Shown: positions 24,401-41,114 of the stretch, piece by piece | Numbering within the stretch: the first letter of the stretch is position 1 | Layout of the letters: the number at the start of each line of letters is the position of its first letter | DNA from: Macrostomum lignano | Taxonomy: Eukaryota | Length of the DNA stretch: 64,000 nt | Assembly (NCBI GenBank): GCA_002269645.1 | Contig: NIVC01001061.1 | Span: 124,001 to 188,000 of the forward strand | Reading direction: 5' to 3' | Notes under the pieces: generated by a model | What the model saw: only the letters and a program-made list of their open reading frames with translations | The model's database searches: none | Told to the model about the DNA's origin: nothing | Position numbers and translations under genes: made by a program

Positions 24401-26789
24401 TCTCAATGCTGCCGACTGTGCCAGCAGGCAGGTCTTGAGCTTCCTCAATGGAGTCTGCTGAAATCAGACCATCACTCTGTGGACCAAGACTGGGTGCACT
24501 TGCACTTGCTATTACTTTGGCCTGAAACTTGGTCAGCAAGGTGCTGTTATTGTTCTCGCAGTTGCTGTTGGTCTGCGATAGACAGCCCAACAAGTGGTTG
24601 ACAGTGGATTTTCCAGCCATGCTGTGCAGAAAAGCTCAGACTGAACTTAGTTTTCATTTGAAAGCAAAGAATAAAAGTCGCTCTTAGAATAGTTTATGGC
24701 AAAAACTCAAGCCCTACTTATCAAAGCTTCACAACAAGAGTAGGCTGGTGTGATTTCAATTCTTGCACCAATTTTTTAAACAAAAATGCTCGAATTGGCA
24801 TTCTGTGTATATTCTGTGCTCTAACCTGCATATTGGGGTTTTACTAAGCATGGGTATTTTTTCAAATATATATGCTTAGCAAGAGAGAAATTTTACTTTT
24901 TTGAAACCAAACGCAATTGCTAAGTGAAAGAAAATAGATGAAATGATATTAAGCAATATTGGTTTTTTAGAAAATACTAGTTCAATAAAAATTTTACTAA
25001 AATTCCAAGGATTAACTTGGCTTTTTATTTCTAGAACATAGGTAGGGGTCCAATAAGCCAATAAAAAGTAAATAAAGTAAAAAGTAGTTAAATATAAGCT
25101 TTGTTTTTCTTTCAAAAAATAATGTACACAAATGATATGTCATTGTGCTGATAGTGATACCAGGAAGCTAGACTTGGCAAAAAAATACAAAAAATTAGGC
25201 CTAGGATTTGAGAGAACAAGCAAGGGGACAATTAGGGACTCCACCTTATGAGCTAAGTTTTACATAGAAGTCTTTTATTATCCCATTGCTTTTTCTCTTT
25301 TATCCCAGGTCAATTTTTGTAACTTTTTGCAAAATCTAGCTTCTTAGTATCACTATAAGCAGAATGACATTATTTGTATACATAGGTTACTTGGGTTCCA
25401 CTTTATGAGCCTTAGTTGAGAGGCCTTTTTGCTTTTAAAAGAGACATGCAAAAAATAGATATTGAAAAATGTTTGGAAAAATATATAAATGTATTTTTAT
25501 TTTAGAAAGAATAAATAAAATTCTTTGTATCACCTTAATTGTTTTTTCACATTTTTTATTTCTCATAACAAAATTTAATATAACAATTTAACATAACAAC
25601 AAGTTTATCACTGACTTTCTAGACTATACAAACTTTATTTTACTTTATATAAAAAAGTTAATTTACATTATAATTTTTCATGCATGGCATGAATTTATTC
25701 ACCAAAATTTGTATACCAAAAAGTACGCATGGTTGTGTTACTTGTGTATGCCAATAGTATATGCCAACAAAGTGCGCTAGGGGTTGTATATGCTAGTTGT
25801 GTATGCCAAGGACTTAGGATTGCCATTTTGTATGCAAGAAAGTTCTAGCATACATGTATACTATCTACAACCTGGTATATACTATAATTACATAATAAAT
25901 AAATATTATATCATAATTAAAAATACAAAAATAATAGTTTTTACTGTTTGCTATATATACTTCTATTATAGGTACTCTAATTCTATTTATAGCTATATTA
26001 ATTCTATAAGTATATGCCTAATCTTTTGATATAATAAATAAAAAAATAAAATATCAAAATATTAACATTAACATTGTTGTCAATACCATAAAATAAATAA
26101 TGCTAAAAATGAATACAATCCATTTTGGTAATAGCTACTTCAGTGACAAAGCAGATTTACAATTGTCAACACTTTATTTTTATGGTAATTAGCTTTAGCA
26201 ATAATTAGTTTAACAATTAACATTTCAAATATCTTATTGCACATATCATTTAACTTTCTAGTTAAACTATATTACTTTGTTTAAACTTGCGCATTAACTT
26301 TGTGAAAAATTCAAAGGCAAAGAAAATGTAGAAAAGTGAGCTTTCATACATACATTAAAGTTGAAAAAAAAATTAAATAATTAATGAAGAAAAAAGTAGA
26401 TTCTGTAATTTTAAGTCACTATTTGCTGTGACTTAGATTCTAATGTATATAGTACACAAAATTTGGTCAATTACAGGATGTCTTAGACTTAGGTGCATAT
26501 AATCTGACTTATCCGGAAATAAAAATGGATCAGTTAAAACACAAATAATATATAATAAAATTATTATCAACATTGAAATTTAACATTAAAATAAATAATA
26601 ACACATTAAAAAATAAAATAAAACTCAATCAATGAGTTATGACCACATACCTATCTGTGGAGAGTCTTCCTTTACAATACAACACATTAGAATATAATTT
26701 GCTATATCAAAGTATGGATACATATTAATTTTTTGTAAAGTTTGTGCTATATCCATAATGGAGCCAGAAATTTCATTCATAGGTGCCAT
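19994..26789 (-). CDS. TMEM38: Trimeric intracellular cation channel (TRIC); 6 exons: 26789-26651, 22373-22217, 22114-21930, 21091-21004, 20887-20771, 20240-19994 (~310 aa)
   Basis: Spliced product contains MYPYFDIANY, FSRRHPFACWLASMLMCFAG, WYIINYMPWD, MKELQRARKI, VVKGSG, FERLVRGLWLP.SNE, FTTKAS and HDPFRPFE, all characteristic of TMEM38A/B. GT-AG introns with consistent phases; 933 nt. Exon 1 is not in the ORF track. Confidence 0.92.
21305..21902. repeat. (AGAC)n grading into a 16-bp acacagagacagtcag array (TMEM38 intron 3)
   Basis: Direct inspection. Confidence 0.93.
23919..24621 (-). pseudogene. C-terminal exon of a P-element/THAP9-like DNA transposase, inside TMEM38 intron 1
   Basis: CAYIGGRLLFKL...KCEECQQLL, FLQLKN...GNLIIPN and KLFARLCLHHWC match the C-terminal pattern of P-superfamily transposases. 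It is preceded by the acceptor ttttctgcacag. TAG at 23997-23999 is followed by 25 more in-frame codons with a basic tail (RKKLMRLNAV*). Confidence 0.6.
25123..25382. mobile_element. MITE-like element with ~70-bp imperfect terminal inverted repeats
   Basis: 25123-25196 (tgtacacaaatgatatgtcattgtgctgatagtgataccaggaagctag...) is roughly 80% reverse-complementary to 25312-25382; no ORF. Confidence 0.6.
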
Positions 26790-27409
26790 GCTTAAAAAGC
26801 TGAAAAATTAGGCCTACTTTAAGAAAAGTAAATTTACTTCTTGATGAACACTGATACTATAACAAAGTAACAAAATTGTTTCAAAAGTGCAAACACCTAC
26901 AGAAAGATTAGCCCAACCAATTTAATTTTCCAGACTAGTTTTATTCGCAATTACTGCAGGTCAAACTAATTTAATGTTCTAATTTGCACAGCATAACTAA
27001 TACTCATTAGCAAGCTAGGCCTAAAGTAAACTAGCATATTTTTACATTGGTCTAATTATATCTGAATAAAAGAATCTGGGTTACAGCCGACTGTAACGAG
27101 CTTTAAAAACTTAAATACTTCACCCACAAAAAGCTAAAACAATACTACACTACTTACTACAGAAGAGAACTCGACAATTTTTTTTCCAAATTGGTCTATG
27201 TAATTTTGAAAAATCGCGTAATTTAATATGTTACAATAAAACCAACAAATTGCTTAAAGGATTAAGACGAAAAAGTTAACCTTAAAAAAGTAGTAAAATT
27301 AATTTTGAAAATTGAGAAGAGAATTTTGAGAAGAGAGGTGAGGGAAGAGAGATGAGAAGAGATGCAAACATCGAGCAGGCCGGATTGCTATTGTGAATAT
27401 TCATAGAAG

Positions 27410-27476
27410 CCAAGGGCCAGATAGAGAGGCTTTGCGGGCCACATTTAGCCCTCAGGCCGGAGTTTGCCAAGCCCTG
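27410..27476 (-). mobile_element. Solo terminus of a hAT (Charlie/MER58-like) DNA transposon
   Basis: The minus strand reads CAGGGCTTGGCAAACTCCGGCCTGAGGGCTAAATGTGGCCCGC, the typical hAT-Charlie end pattern. No partner end was found. Confidence 0.5.
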
Positions 27477-28295
27477 TTTTAATATTCAGCCCTTTTACTT
27501 TGGCATTTCGATCTGATCGAAATTCCAAGTCCGCCGCAATCCCAGGACATAAACCGCTGCTGGCGCTGCAAATTAACCAAATGCATTAAAATGCCGTCAG
27601 CTAAAATAATAAAAGAGAGAGGAACTGATGGAGGCAGCCTAGAGATCCAGAAAATTACTGGTCTTGCCCTGGCAATTTTTATTCATTTGAGATATTTACT
27701 AATAAATTGATGGTACAGTGCAGTTGCGCAATGTTTGAATTAGTTGAAAATTCGAACATTTTCAGACTTTTGGCCACTTTCAACACAGAATTGAATATTT
27801 GCCTACACGGTTGTCGCAATGTCACAAACTGACATAACAGCAGCAGTTTGTGTGCCCTTAGATTAAAACAAAATCATGTGCAATGTGCCCTCCAACCAAT
27901 AGGCCCCACTTTGAAATCTGTTCGGACACCGCTCCTGCCACCGCGGGTTCGCGAGTGGTCGCGACTTCCCCAAATCGGCTGAAAATCGCGTGCTATAGCA
28001 CTCAAAGCCATCTGACTAGCGAGAACAAAAACATTAGCCAGTTAAAAGCAGACAGCTATATAAATAAACAGTAAAGTAATCCAAAACGAAAGCCCTAACA
28101 ACGGTGTTCAATGCAAGTAATCTGTGCAAAATCAGCTTATTCTGACCTTGCTTTTGGGAACCATGCAAGGACCACTGTATATAGCTATTATCAGTGGTCC
28201 TTGTTAGGAACTACAAGTATTGCTAAAAATAATTTTTCTCCATTCTTACACGACACACGTAGGCCAAAAAAGCCTGCTGACTATACAAGGTTGAC

Positions 28296-32125
<3,830 letters not shown>

Positions 32126-32334
32126 TACAAGGTTGACTGCAAAGTCCGGCCGATTTTATTTTGACACAGAGTTGCTCCAAAACTTACACTCAAATGGTTT
32201 GTGTGTACCCAAAAATCCCGCTTCATTTTTGACAACTCCAAATCAATATCTGAACAGTTTCCCACTGCATACTGCAATCAATTTTGACTGCTACCTATAT
32301 TAATACTCCTATATACGTCTTCTTATGGTTGTGT

Positions 32335-35092
32335 ATGTTTCAAGCACGTAAGCGCGTAGCAATTGCATGTTAACGATATAAAAGAAGTATACTCGTATTT
32401 TTTAAACAGCACACAGATAGATTTCTAGGTTAGGTTTTTATTAGGTATACTGAACAATGTATACAGGACACATATAGGACACAGAAAATGTATACAGGAC
32501 ACCCGTACCCCCAGCATGCATGCAGGTGCTGCTTCATGTGCTTCATACAAGTAATACCATGACCAATCTAAGGACTTTAAAATGCGAGAGCCGAGAGGCA
32601 ATCAATGAATTGAACAGCTGAAACGGGTCCGGATTTTTGTATTGGGGGATTCTTTGTCACAGAGGAATCATACGGAATCACATACCCAGAATCATACTCG
32701 TACTGAAGAAGTTTGAGAAAATTAATAATTCTATTTTTCCAACCGTCAGTAAAAAAACTAAAGCAAGCGTTAAATGTAAATTTCTAAATCTAAACACCGT
32801 ACAAAAGTTAACGGTGTTTAGATTAACAAATCAAGACACATTTTTCACATGAAAGTACTTTTTCGTTAAAAGTATTTTACTAAGCGTCAAAAAAGTGTTT
32901 TGTTATGCTCAAATATAAATAAATATATCTTAATGCACATCAACCTGTAATATAGGAGTGATTTTTAAAAAGCAACCCCTCATGCGACGAGTTCTCAATA
33001 CTATAACTCTGAACTTAAAGGACTCTGAGGATTCCTCGATTTTGCATCACACTCTCTTTTTTCATTGAAAATTAATTGTTCGCTGAAGTTACTGTTTAGT
33101 ACTTGTTAAGAATTTTACAACTGATCTCGACTATTTTAAGGTAATTAACTAAGAGTATATTCTTATTTAGTCCATGTAACAAAATATTGGTCTTTTTCCA
33201 GTCTTATCTAATATCTCTATCACTTAAATATCAGAGTCAAATACAAAGTTAAACTAAATGCTGTTACTACGCTTCATTTGAAATGATAACACTAACAGTG
33301 ATATGCTACATTTATTGAGGCATTAAGAAGTGTGTATGATAAGGTAATCAGTTAGGCCTACTGTTTTTTAAGGGAAATTTTAAGCAAGATAATTAATGAG
33401 CTAGAATAAAGTAGTTATAGCGCCAAAACTAATTACATACTCTTAAAATTAGCATACTCATTTTCTAAGAAGAAGATTGGACTATTTTATTTTGTTTTTT
33501 TATGTTATTGCATTGATATTCTATTTTTTATAGATTCCTAAAATATGCTCTATCCTCTACATGCACTTTAAAGAAAAATATCTATTCAATTTGGTAGGTA
33601 TGTGTATCATTATACATACTATTATATTAGGATATTTGGTTAATAATTTTATGTAGAAGTTCTTACAAAAATCACACAAGGGAAAAGCCTATCTACTTGC
33701 ATAAAAATCCAATGGCTATATACAAGAATATATTATATTACTTTATTAGTCTACTATTATAAAGCTCTACTTTTATATTATAAACTCTATATTATGTATG
33801 TTTTTGTTTGTAAGATGTTAACTCCTAATATCAATTTTTATTTCTAAAGTTGTTTTTAAATAAAAAATAATGCACAATTTTTAAAGATTACGCCTAATCT
33901 AACTTTTTTAGGTTAATAGAATAATTATGTATTTATGTAAATAATAAATCAAAGACAAGTTTATATATTATATTATTGTATTAATAATTCTTTTTGACTA
34001 AGCTTCTTACCTGCTTTTTTAGAAAATTCTATAATGTTAAACCGTAAGTGACTGCATTTTTAAATCATTATGACATCAACATTATTTTATTCTTGGTGAC
34101 TTGAAATTATTTTTTTTGTTTTTCAATCTAACTGGAGTTTAAGTTTTAAGTTTAAAGTTCTTTCTGTTGCTCAATTTTGTTTCAGTTTAATGATTTCTTT
34201 CAATTGTCCTGACTTATAAAACTGACAGCTGGTATTATGAATATTTTTTTAGTGTTTATTTGGTTTCTATTTTTTCTTCAATTTTCTATTTTTCTGCAGG
34301 CTTTCGCTGTCTGCAAGCTAGGCGCGTTGGTCTGGCTCCTTCAGCATCAAAATCAATTGCCAGTAAGCTGCCAGCCTTTGATGATGCTGCGAGCTCTGTT
34401 AGCACTACCACTGTGTCCTCTTCCAAAGCTGTGGCTGCTGCCAGCCCTGGCAAGACTGGTTTGAAATTAAAATCATCTGTGCCTCTGTCTAAAGCTGCCA
34501 ACTTAGCCAAGCCTAAAGTTAAAAGTGCCGCAAATTCCAACCAGTCCAACTTCAAAGAGGCCGCTAATTCCAACCAGTCCAACTTCAAAGAAGCCGCCGA
34601 TTCCAACAAGTCCAACTTCAAAGAGGCCACTGATTTTGCTGAGTCAAACTGCGAAGTTAACAATCCTACGCAGCCGGTCACTGCGCCAGTCGTTTCTAGC
34701 GAATCCGGTGACATTAAAGTTGCAGACAAAGAAGCGGCTGAATCTGCAAAAGACAAAGTCGACTGCGAGGCTTCAATTGAGGCAGCTAGCGAAAGCAGCA
34801 ATTTGTCGCAGAGTTCGTTTGCATCGGTTAGTCGTTTCGAGTGGTAGCGAGCTTGTTTATTTTTTAGCTGCAGTAATTTAAATTGTCAGGAATAGCAGCT
34901 CCTCTTAGTAATAATTAAGGGACACTAGGACGGCCGCCCTGATATGTTAAAGCTTTGGCGCCAACCTCACGATCCTGTCTACGCCCCTGACTATATTTAT
35001 TGTTAGGGAGATATGGAGATAGATAGAGAGATAGACAGATAGATAGAGAGATAGATATATAGATAGACAGATAGGTAGATAGATAGATAGAT

Positions 35093-35155
<63 letters not shown>

Positions 35156-35255
35156 CAGATAGGTAGATATATAGATAGACAGATAGGTAGATAGATAGAT
35201 AGATAGATAGATATATAGATAGACAGATAGGTAGATATATAGATAGACAGATAGG

Positions 35256-35305
<50 letters not shown>

Positions 35306-37147
35306 CGAGTAGATGCCTGTTACGAGAGTCTGTATACTAAAAAAGTAGCAGATTTGTGCTCAGCATTTCTCAAAATTCAATAAGGGTTGAGTCAACTTGT
35401 CTCTACACATCTTGACTGTTTCAGGCGCAGCAAACTCCGGAGCCTGCTGCTGCTGCTGCTGCTACTGTTAGAATGAATGAAAGTGCAATTGGCGCCGCCA
35501 TCACCTCAAGCCAACAATTCGATTCAATATTCGATTCGGCTATTAAAGCCGTGACCAGCAGCACTACAGAGCAGTTGTGCAACAATTATTTGAAATCCAA
35601 GCCTGCTAGCAGCGCTGGCAAGCTGGCCTCAGGATTGCTAAAGGGAAAGAATGCCAACAAGGTGATAAAGAAGGCTGGTTCCGCCAAGGAGGAGCCAAAG
35701 CAAAGCATCAGCCGCAAGCGCAAGGCTTCATCACTCGATGCCTCCTCGGCTGCTGAGTCGTCGCTGCCGCAGCCGCCAGTGAATTTCCAATTCGCCAGTG
35801 GCACGTGGATCGAGTGCAGCGACTGCAAGAAGTGGCGACACGAGCCAGACTGCGCCGAGCCCTGTCGCGTGCCGGACAACTGGCGCTGCTCGGATTCGGC
35901 CGATCCGCGCCAGAACGACTGCGGCCTGCCCGAGCTGGCCGAGTATTTCTACGCCCAAGGCACGAACTTCGCCCTGTCCAACAAGTACGTTGCCGGCAGT
36001 CTGGTCTGGGCCAGGGTGCAAGGCTACCCCTATTGGCCAGCCATTGTTGAAGTGGACAACGACTATGGCACATTCTTCGAACTCGAAGCCGAATCTAACG
36101 ATGTGGCCGCTTATCACGTGACCTTCTTGGGCCGGTCGGCCAGCCGGGCCTGGGTACCGGACGCTCGGATTCGGCCATTTGAAGGCGCGGAAGATCTGGC
36201 CGGAGTCTCGGCGCCGAAGCCGGGCAGCGCCGCCGAGCTCGAGCTTCGCCGTCTGGCTAACGAAGCCGCCAATGTTGTTGCTAAGCTGGACTTTCAGGCC
36301 AGGCTGGAACGATACGGCTATTTTGCTGGCGGCCGGGTCAAGCTCGTCAAGAAGAAACCAGCCGATGTCCGTGACTCTCGTTCTGGCGAGAAAAAGCGCA
36401 ACAAGAAAAAGCTGAAGACTGCGGCAAAGGCTGACAAAACGGTCCATAATAATGGTAATGTACCATTAATTACATTATGCGAGGAATATGCAATAGGGGT
36501 TGTAAATTTCATAGGCACTTATTATTCGAGTCTCCGGCGATTGAGACAGATCGAATCTCTGGATTGAATGAGATTTGGTGAGATTCAGAACTGGGACTGT
36601 CGGTATTCTTAACAGGGACTGTCGGGATTCATAACAGGGACTGTCGGGATTCATAACTGGGACTGTCAGGATTCATAACAGAGACTGTCAGGATTCATAA
36701 CAGGGACTGTCAGGATTCATAACTGGGACTGTCGGGATTCATAACTGGGACTGTTGGGATTCATAACCGGTACTCGGGCGCAGTCCTGATAAAACTCAGA
36801 TCAAGAATTGCAAAATCCTTTATTTTAAAGCCAAATCAAAGCCGCCAAAGAAGAAGGCCAAGCAAAGCAAGCCAACAGCCAAGACTGCTGCTGCTTCTGG
36901 CGAGTTGGATGACGTCTACACGGATGCCACTGCAGTCGACGATGTCACGGATCTCGACGCTGGAGACGAACAAGTTGAGGCCGTCGAAGATGTCGACTTG
37001 ATGGCTGCTCGTGACCGCTTTCGTCGCCGGGTCAGCCAGCTGTGCGAAATGCGCAGCTGCGGCGAGGGCGAGGGCGATGCCGGCGAGGCTCACGATGCTG
37101 CGGACGACGACGAGGAAAGCGCTGAAGAAGCCGAGGCTGAGGATTGA
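32335..37147 (+). CDS. zf-CW + PWWP histone-methyl reader (ZCWPW1/2-like); exons 34300-34826, 35425-36454, 36831-37147, plus a candidate 13-nt first exon 32335-32347
   Basis: WIECSDCKKWR...PDNWRC...C..PE is a CW finger; VAGSLVWARVQGYPYWPAIVE...YHVTFLG...RAWV is PWWP. Splice phases are consistent among the three main exons. The first exon (ATGTTTCAAGCAC|GTAAGC, phase 1) is speculative; ATG 35473 is an alternative start. Confidence 0.78.
35015..35305. repeat. (GATA)n microsatellite
   Basis: Direct inspection. Confidence 0.95.
36590..36770. repeat. 22-bp minisatellite gggactgtcgggattcataact
   Basis: Direct inspection; intronic. Confidence 0.9.
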
Positions 37148-37745
37148 TTCTTAATCTGTTGTTTTTAGTTCAAAGACCAACTTGTTTCTGTTTTTAGTTT
37201 CTGCGTGTTTTCAGTTAAAAAGGCTGCATTTCTATTCGCCAAGTTGCGCAGTGTTGCAGTAAACGGAGGCATATTTTTCATATTTATCATTTATTCCAGC
37301 ATTTGCCAGCCTCGTCTTTAATAATAAAACTATCGCCATCGTTTTTATGCGAGTTTTATATCTATCTACTAAATATTATTCACCCAAGCCAAGTATTTAG
37401 CCTTAGCATTTATGGTATTTACAAGCTTCTGAGTTTGAGTTCCTTCTGTTGCCATGTTCTTCTACAGTTTTTTTTATTAAATAATAGTTAAAAATTCACT
37501 CAGTTATAAATTTATCAAATTCAGACACCTTTTGTCGAATCAAATCGCCGGCATGTTTTTTTTTAAATAAAATACGAAATTAAAAATGCCTCTTATTGGC
37601 TGCCTAAACTATGAGTATTAAGTAGTTCTTTTTTCTCCCAGTCGCATTTTCTGCCTTTTTTACTTATCTTTCAGTTGATTAGGTAACATCATTGCACCTT
37701 TAGTAATTGCGTCTTTAGGGCGTCTGCTACTACTGGCAGACCTGC

Positions 37746-38147
37746 ATGTTACTCAAGGTCATTTACCGCTCTCAGGCCTTCCCCATCTGTTACTCAAGGT
37801 CATTCACCGCTCTCAGGCTTTCCCCATCTGTTACTCAAGGTCATCCACCGCTCTCAGGCTTTCCCCATCTGTTACTCAAGGTCATTTACCGCTCTCAGGC
37901 TTTCCCCATCTGTTACTCAAGGTCATCCACCGCTCTCAGGCTTTCCCCATCTGTTACTCAATGTCATCCACCGCTCTCAGGCTTTCCCCATCTGTTACTC
38001 AAGGTCATCCACCGCTCTCAGGCCTTCCCCATCTGTTACTCAAGGTCATCCACCGCTCTCAGGCCTTCCCTATCTGTTACTCAAGGTCATCCACCGCTCT
38101 CACGCCTTTCCCATCTGTTTTTCAAGGTCATCCATCGCTCTCAGGCC
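37746..38147. repeat. 41-bp minisatellite ctcaggctttccccatctgttactcaaggtcatccaccgct, just upstream of the IDH3 ATG
   Basis: Direct inspection; ~10 copies. Confidence 0.95.
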
Positions 38148-38210
38148 TTTGTAAATGCAACGAAAGCATGTTCTCTATTCAAACTGATACTACGAGTACA
38201 GCCTTCACTG

Positions 38211-40268
38211 ATGCATCTGCTGCTACCTGTGCGTCATCGATTCTTGGCTGCCCTATCATCGCTACCATGGCGACGCCATCTGTGCAGCAGTATCTCGTCG
38301 AGATCAACAGCGACTACGACAGCCGATGACGATCTCGAGCACTGGTTGGAGCACGCGCCTGCGCCAGGCGCTGAGCTCAGAGGCATTTTAACGGCCGCAA
38401 AGTACGGCGGCCAGCACCGCGTCTCCATGATTCCCGGCAGCGGCATCGGGCCGGAACTGATGGCCGTTGTGAAGCAAACACTGCTGGCCGCCCGGGCTCA
38501 CGTTGACTTTGAAGAGCTGCAAACCTCTGCCGAGGGTGCCGTCACCCCTGAGGAAATGCGGCGCATTGTCATGTCGATTCAGCGCAATGGAGTAGCGCTT
38601 AAAGGCAATCTGGAATCGCTTGAAGGTGAGTTTTGGTTCGTGATCTGCGTCTGCCTGTCTGTCTCTGTCTGTCTTTCGATCTCGATGTCTTTTTGTCGTG
38701 TTGTCTGTCTGTTTTTTCTGTTAACCGCAAATTGAGGTTGAATTCAACAAATCGAATTGAATCATAAAATTTCAGCGAGCACGGACTTCATCAGCATCGG
38801 TGGTAAGTTGAATAATTTTCAAAATTTGCAGTTGATTTGCTAATTGCCTATGGTTGGCCATAATTTGTCTAGACCAAACTGCAACCCACCACTCGCACTG
38901 TTGGCAGGCGCCGCTGCTAAGAACGCCCAGTTGCGCGCCAAGCTCGGCCTGTTCGCCTACGTTCAGCGCTGCAAATCCATCGAGGGCCTGCCAACCCGTC
39001 ATCGCGACATCGACATACTAGTAGTCCGGCAGAACACCGAGGGAGAGTACAACCAGTTGGAGCACTTCAACGTTGACGGCGTGGTGGAAAGCTTAAAAGT
39101 GGTGACCGAAGCTCGCTGCCGCCAGATTGCCGAGTTCGCATTTCAGACTGCCATCAAGACGAGGCGGAAGAAGGTTGGCGTTCAGAATCCATTGGGTGTC
39201 AGTTTGTTAGGCGACTCAAACGACTGTAATGCGACGGAGAGGCAACTGTTGAGTCACGAGCGCATCACGTGATTTGTAGAATTTGCAAAGCTTAACTGTC
39301 TACTAACTTAAGTAGGCTAAATAGAGTTGTTAAAAATGCGAAATGCAATTTTAATTCGTCAAGTGACGCAGTTGCGCTTTAGACGCAACTCAGTGAGTCT
39401 AAAGCGACTCTGGCATGCCTCAGATATGGCCCTAGAGGCGTTACAGGGTCGCAGACAATAGAAAAACGTCTCAAACTGGCTCGTAGGCGAATTTTTGGCG
39501 ACTTGTACCGCGAAATCTCGTCGTTTTAGAGTCGTCTAGAGTCGATTCTTTCCTATTTTACCTGTGTTACCTACAAAGACTTTGCAGCGACTCTTAGGCG
39601 ACATAATTGTCTTTTAAGACGCTTTCATGTGTCAGACTGATGATTAATGAAGAGAGGCAAATATGTGAATTTAGCTAAATGTGTATTTCTACACCACTGG
39701 CGGGTCTTATTGCTGTCTAATAAACTATAATCTCCCGCCACGCGCTCAGGTGACAGCGGTGCACAAGGCAAACATCATGAAACTCTCCGACGGCCTGTTT
39801 CTAGACGTTTGCCGCCAGGTTGCCCAGTCTTATCCGGATATTGAGTTCAACGACATGATCGTTGACAACTGCTGCATGCAGCTGACCTCCCAGCCGCAGC
39901 AGTTTGACCTCATGCTGCTGCCCAATCTGTACGGCAACATTGTCGGCAACATCGCCGCCGGGCTTGTCGGCGGCGCCGGCGTCGCCTCAGGCATGAATGT
40001 CGGCAGTCGGTGCGCCGTGTTCGAATGCGGCGTCCGAGTCTCCGGACAGGCCATGCGCGGCCGAGACTTGGCCAATCCGTGCGGCCTGCTGCTGGCCTCG
40101 GCCGACATGCTGGAGTATCTGGGCGAGGCAGCCGACGCCAGGCGTGTTCGCATGGCCGTGCTGGCCGCTCTGGCTGGCGGGGTGCGAACTCGCGACCTTG
40201 GCGGTAGCGCCGGTACCAACGAAGTGACGGCTGCCATTGTCGACTGGCTGCAGCGAAACTCAGCTTGA
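38211..40268 (+). CDS. IDH3G: NAD-dependent isocitrate dehydrogenase regulatory subunit, gamma-like; exons 38211-38625, 38908-39173, 39750-40268 (~399 aa)
   Basis: Arg/Leu/Ser-rich transit-like N-terminus; AKYGG.H.V.MIPG.GIGPEL, RH.DIDIL.VR.NTEGEY, GVVESLK, VTAVHKANIMKLSDGLFL, DMIVDNCCMQL, PNLYGNIV, ANP.GLLLA..DML.YLG. Phases 1 and 0 are consistent. Gamma versus beta assignment is not certain. Confidence 0.88.
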
Positions 40269-40759
40269 ATATTTGTTATTGATGGGGTTTTACTGAGACG
40301 ACTGCTTAGAGATTTTTTTATTACTCAGATTACTTAAATCTTCCAATTGTTTTTCACCCCTGTCTACGATAACTCATAACTGTCTAAGAAGAATGAGTTT
40401 GAGTTCAGGACCGGTCTTTCTTGCTCTTGGCAGCTCTAATACTCATATCTAGGCATTTTTTATTACTGCACTGCGATAATCTGCCGTACAGATTCTGTTT
40501 CTCTAAGTTTTATTCATTTTTTATGTTAGCCGTGAAGCATTCTAGAAAAACATCCTTTTGATTTTGATAAATAATTTATTTGACCCTATTTTTCTTTATT
40601 ATACACTTCAATAATATTTTAGATCATTATGATAGCAGGGGCGTCGGACTCGCCACGGGGGGGGTGGCAGTGCAAATGCAATTTCTTTGTCCCCCACTAC
40701 ACCTTTGGGCCCCGTTATGGAAATCAATTGTTTTGTTTCAGCTCGCCTAATCTGAGGAA

Positions 40760-40925
40760 TCCGGGAATTCTGGAAAAACCCCCGGAAATTCCAGGAAACC
40801 TCCGGGAATTTTGGGGAAACCCCGGGGAATTCCAGTAAAACTCTAGGAATTCTGGGAAAGCCCCGGGAATTCCGGGAAAACCCTTAGAATTCTGACTCAC
40901 ACCTCGGGAAAACCGGGAATTCCTA
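40760..40925. repeat. Degenerate short repeats with a gggaattcc palindromic core
   Basis: Direct inspection. Confidence 0.6.
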
Positions 40926-41114
40926 GTAAAGGGGATGTCAACTTAAGCACCAGAATGGAGCCCGAAGTTCAGCTCCGGCCCAAACCGACTGCAATCGATA
41001 ACTTGTCGGCCCAGACGACTAGAATCGCCGAGACATCCCATCCGGCTCCCTTCCTTGGGGTCCTAGGGGATAAAGGGGATAAAATGGGGATCTCATGTCA
41101 ACTTAAGGCTCTTA

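Noticed and set aside
28111-28295. N-terminal ~60 aa of the 697-aa LINE ORF as element-encoded
   Set aside because: This part lies outside or within the 5' TSD, so it is host sequence.
37746-38210. Long N-terminal extension of the IDH3 ORF
   Set aside because: It is the 41-bp array read through by chance; ATG 38211 gives a credible transit peptide.
39375-39406. 10-bp perfect hairpin in IDH3 intron 2
   Set aside because: Short and embedded in a probable decayed MITE; no further support for function.
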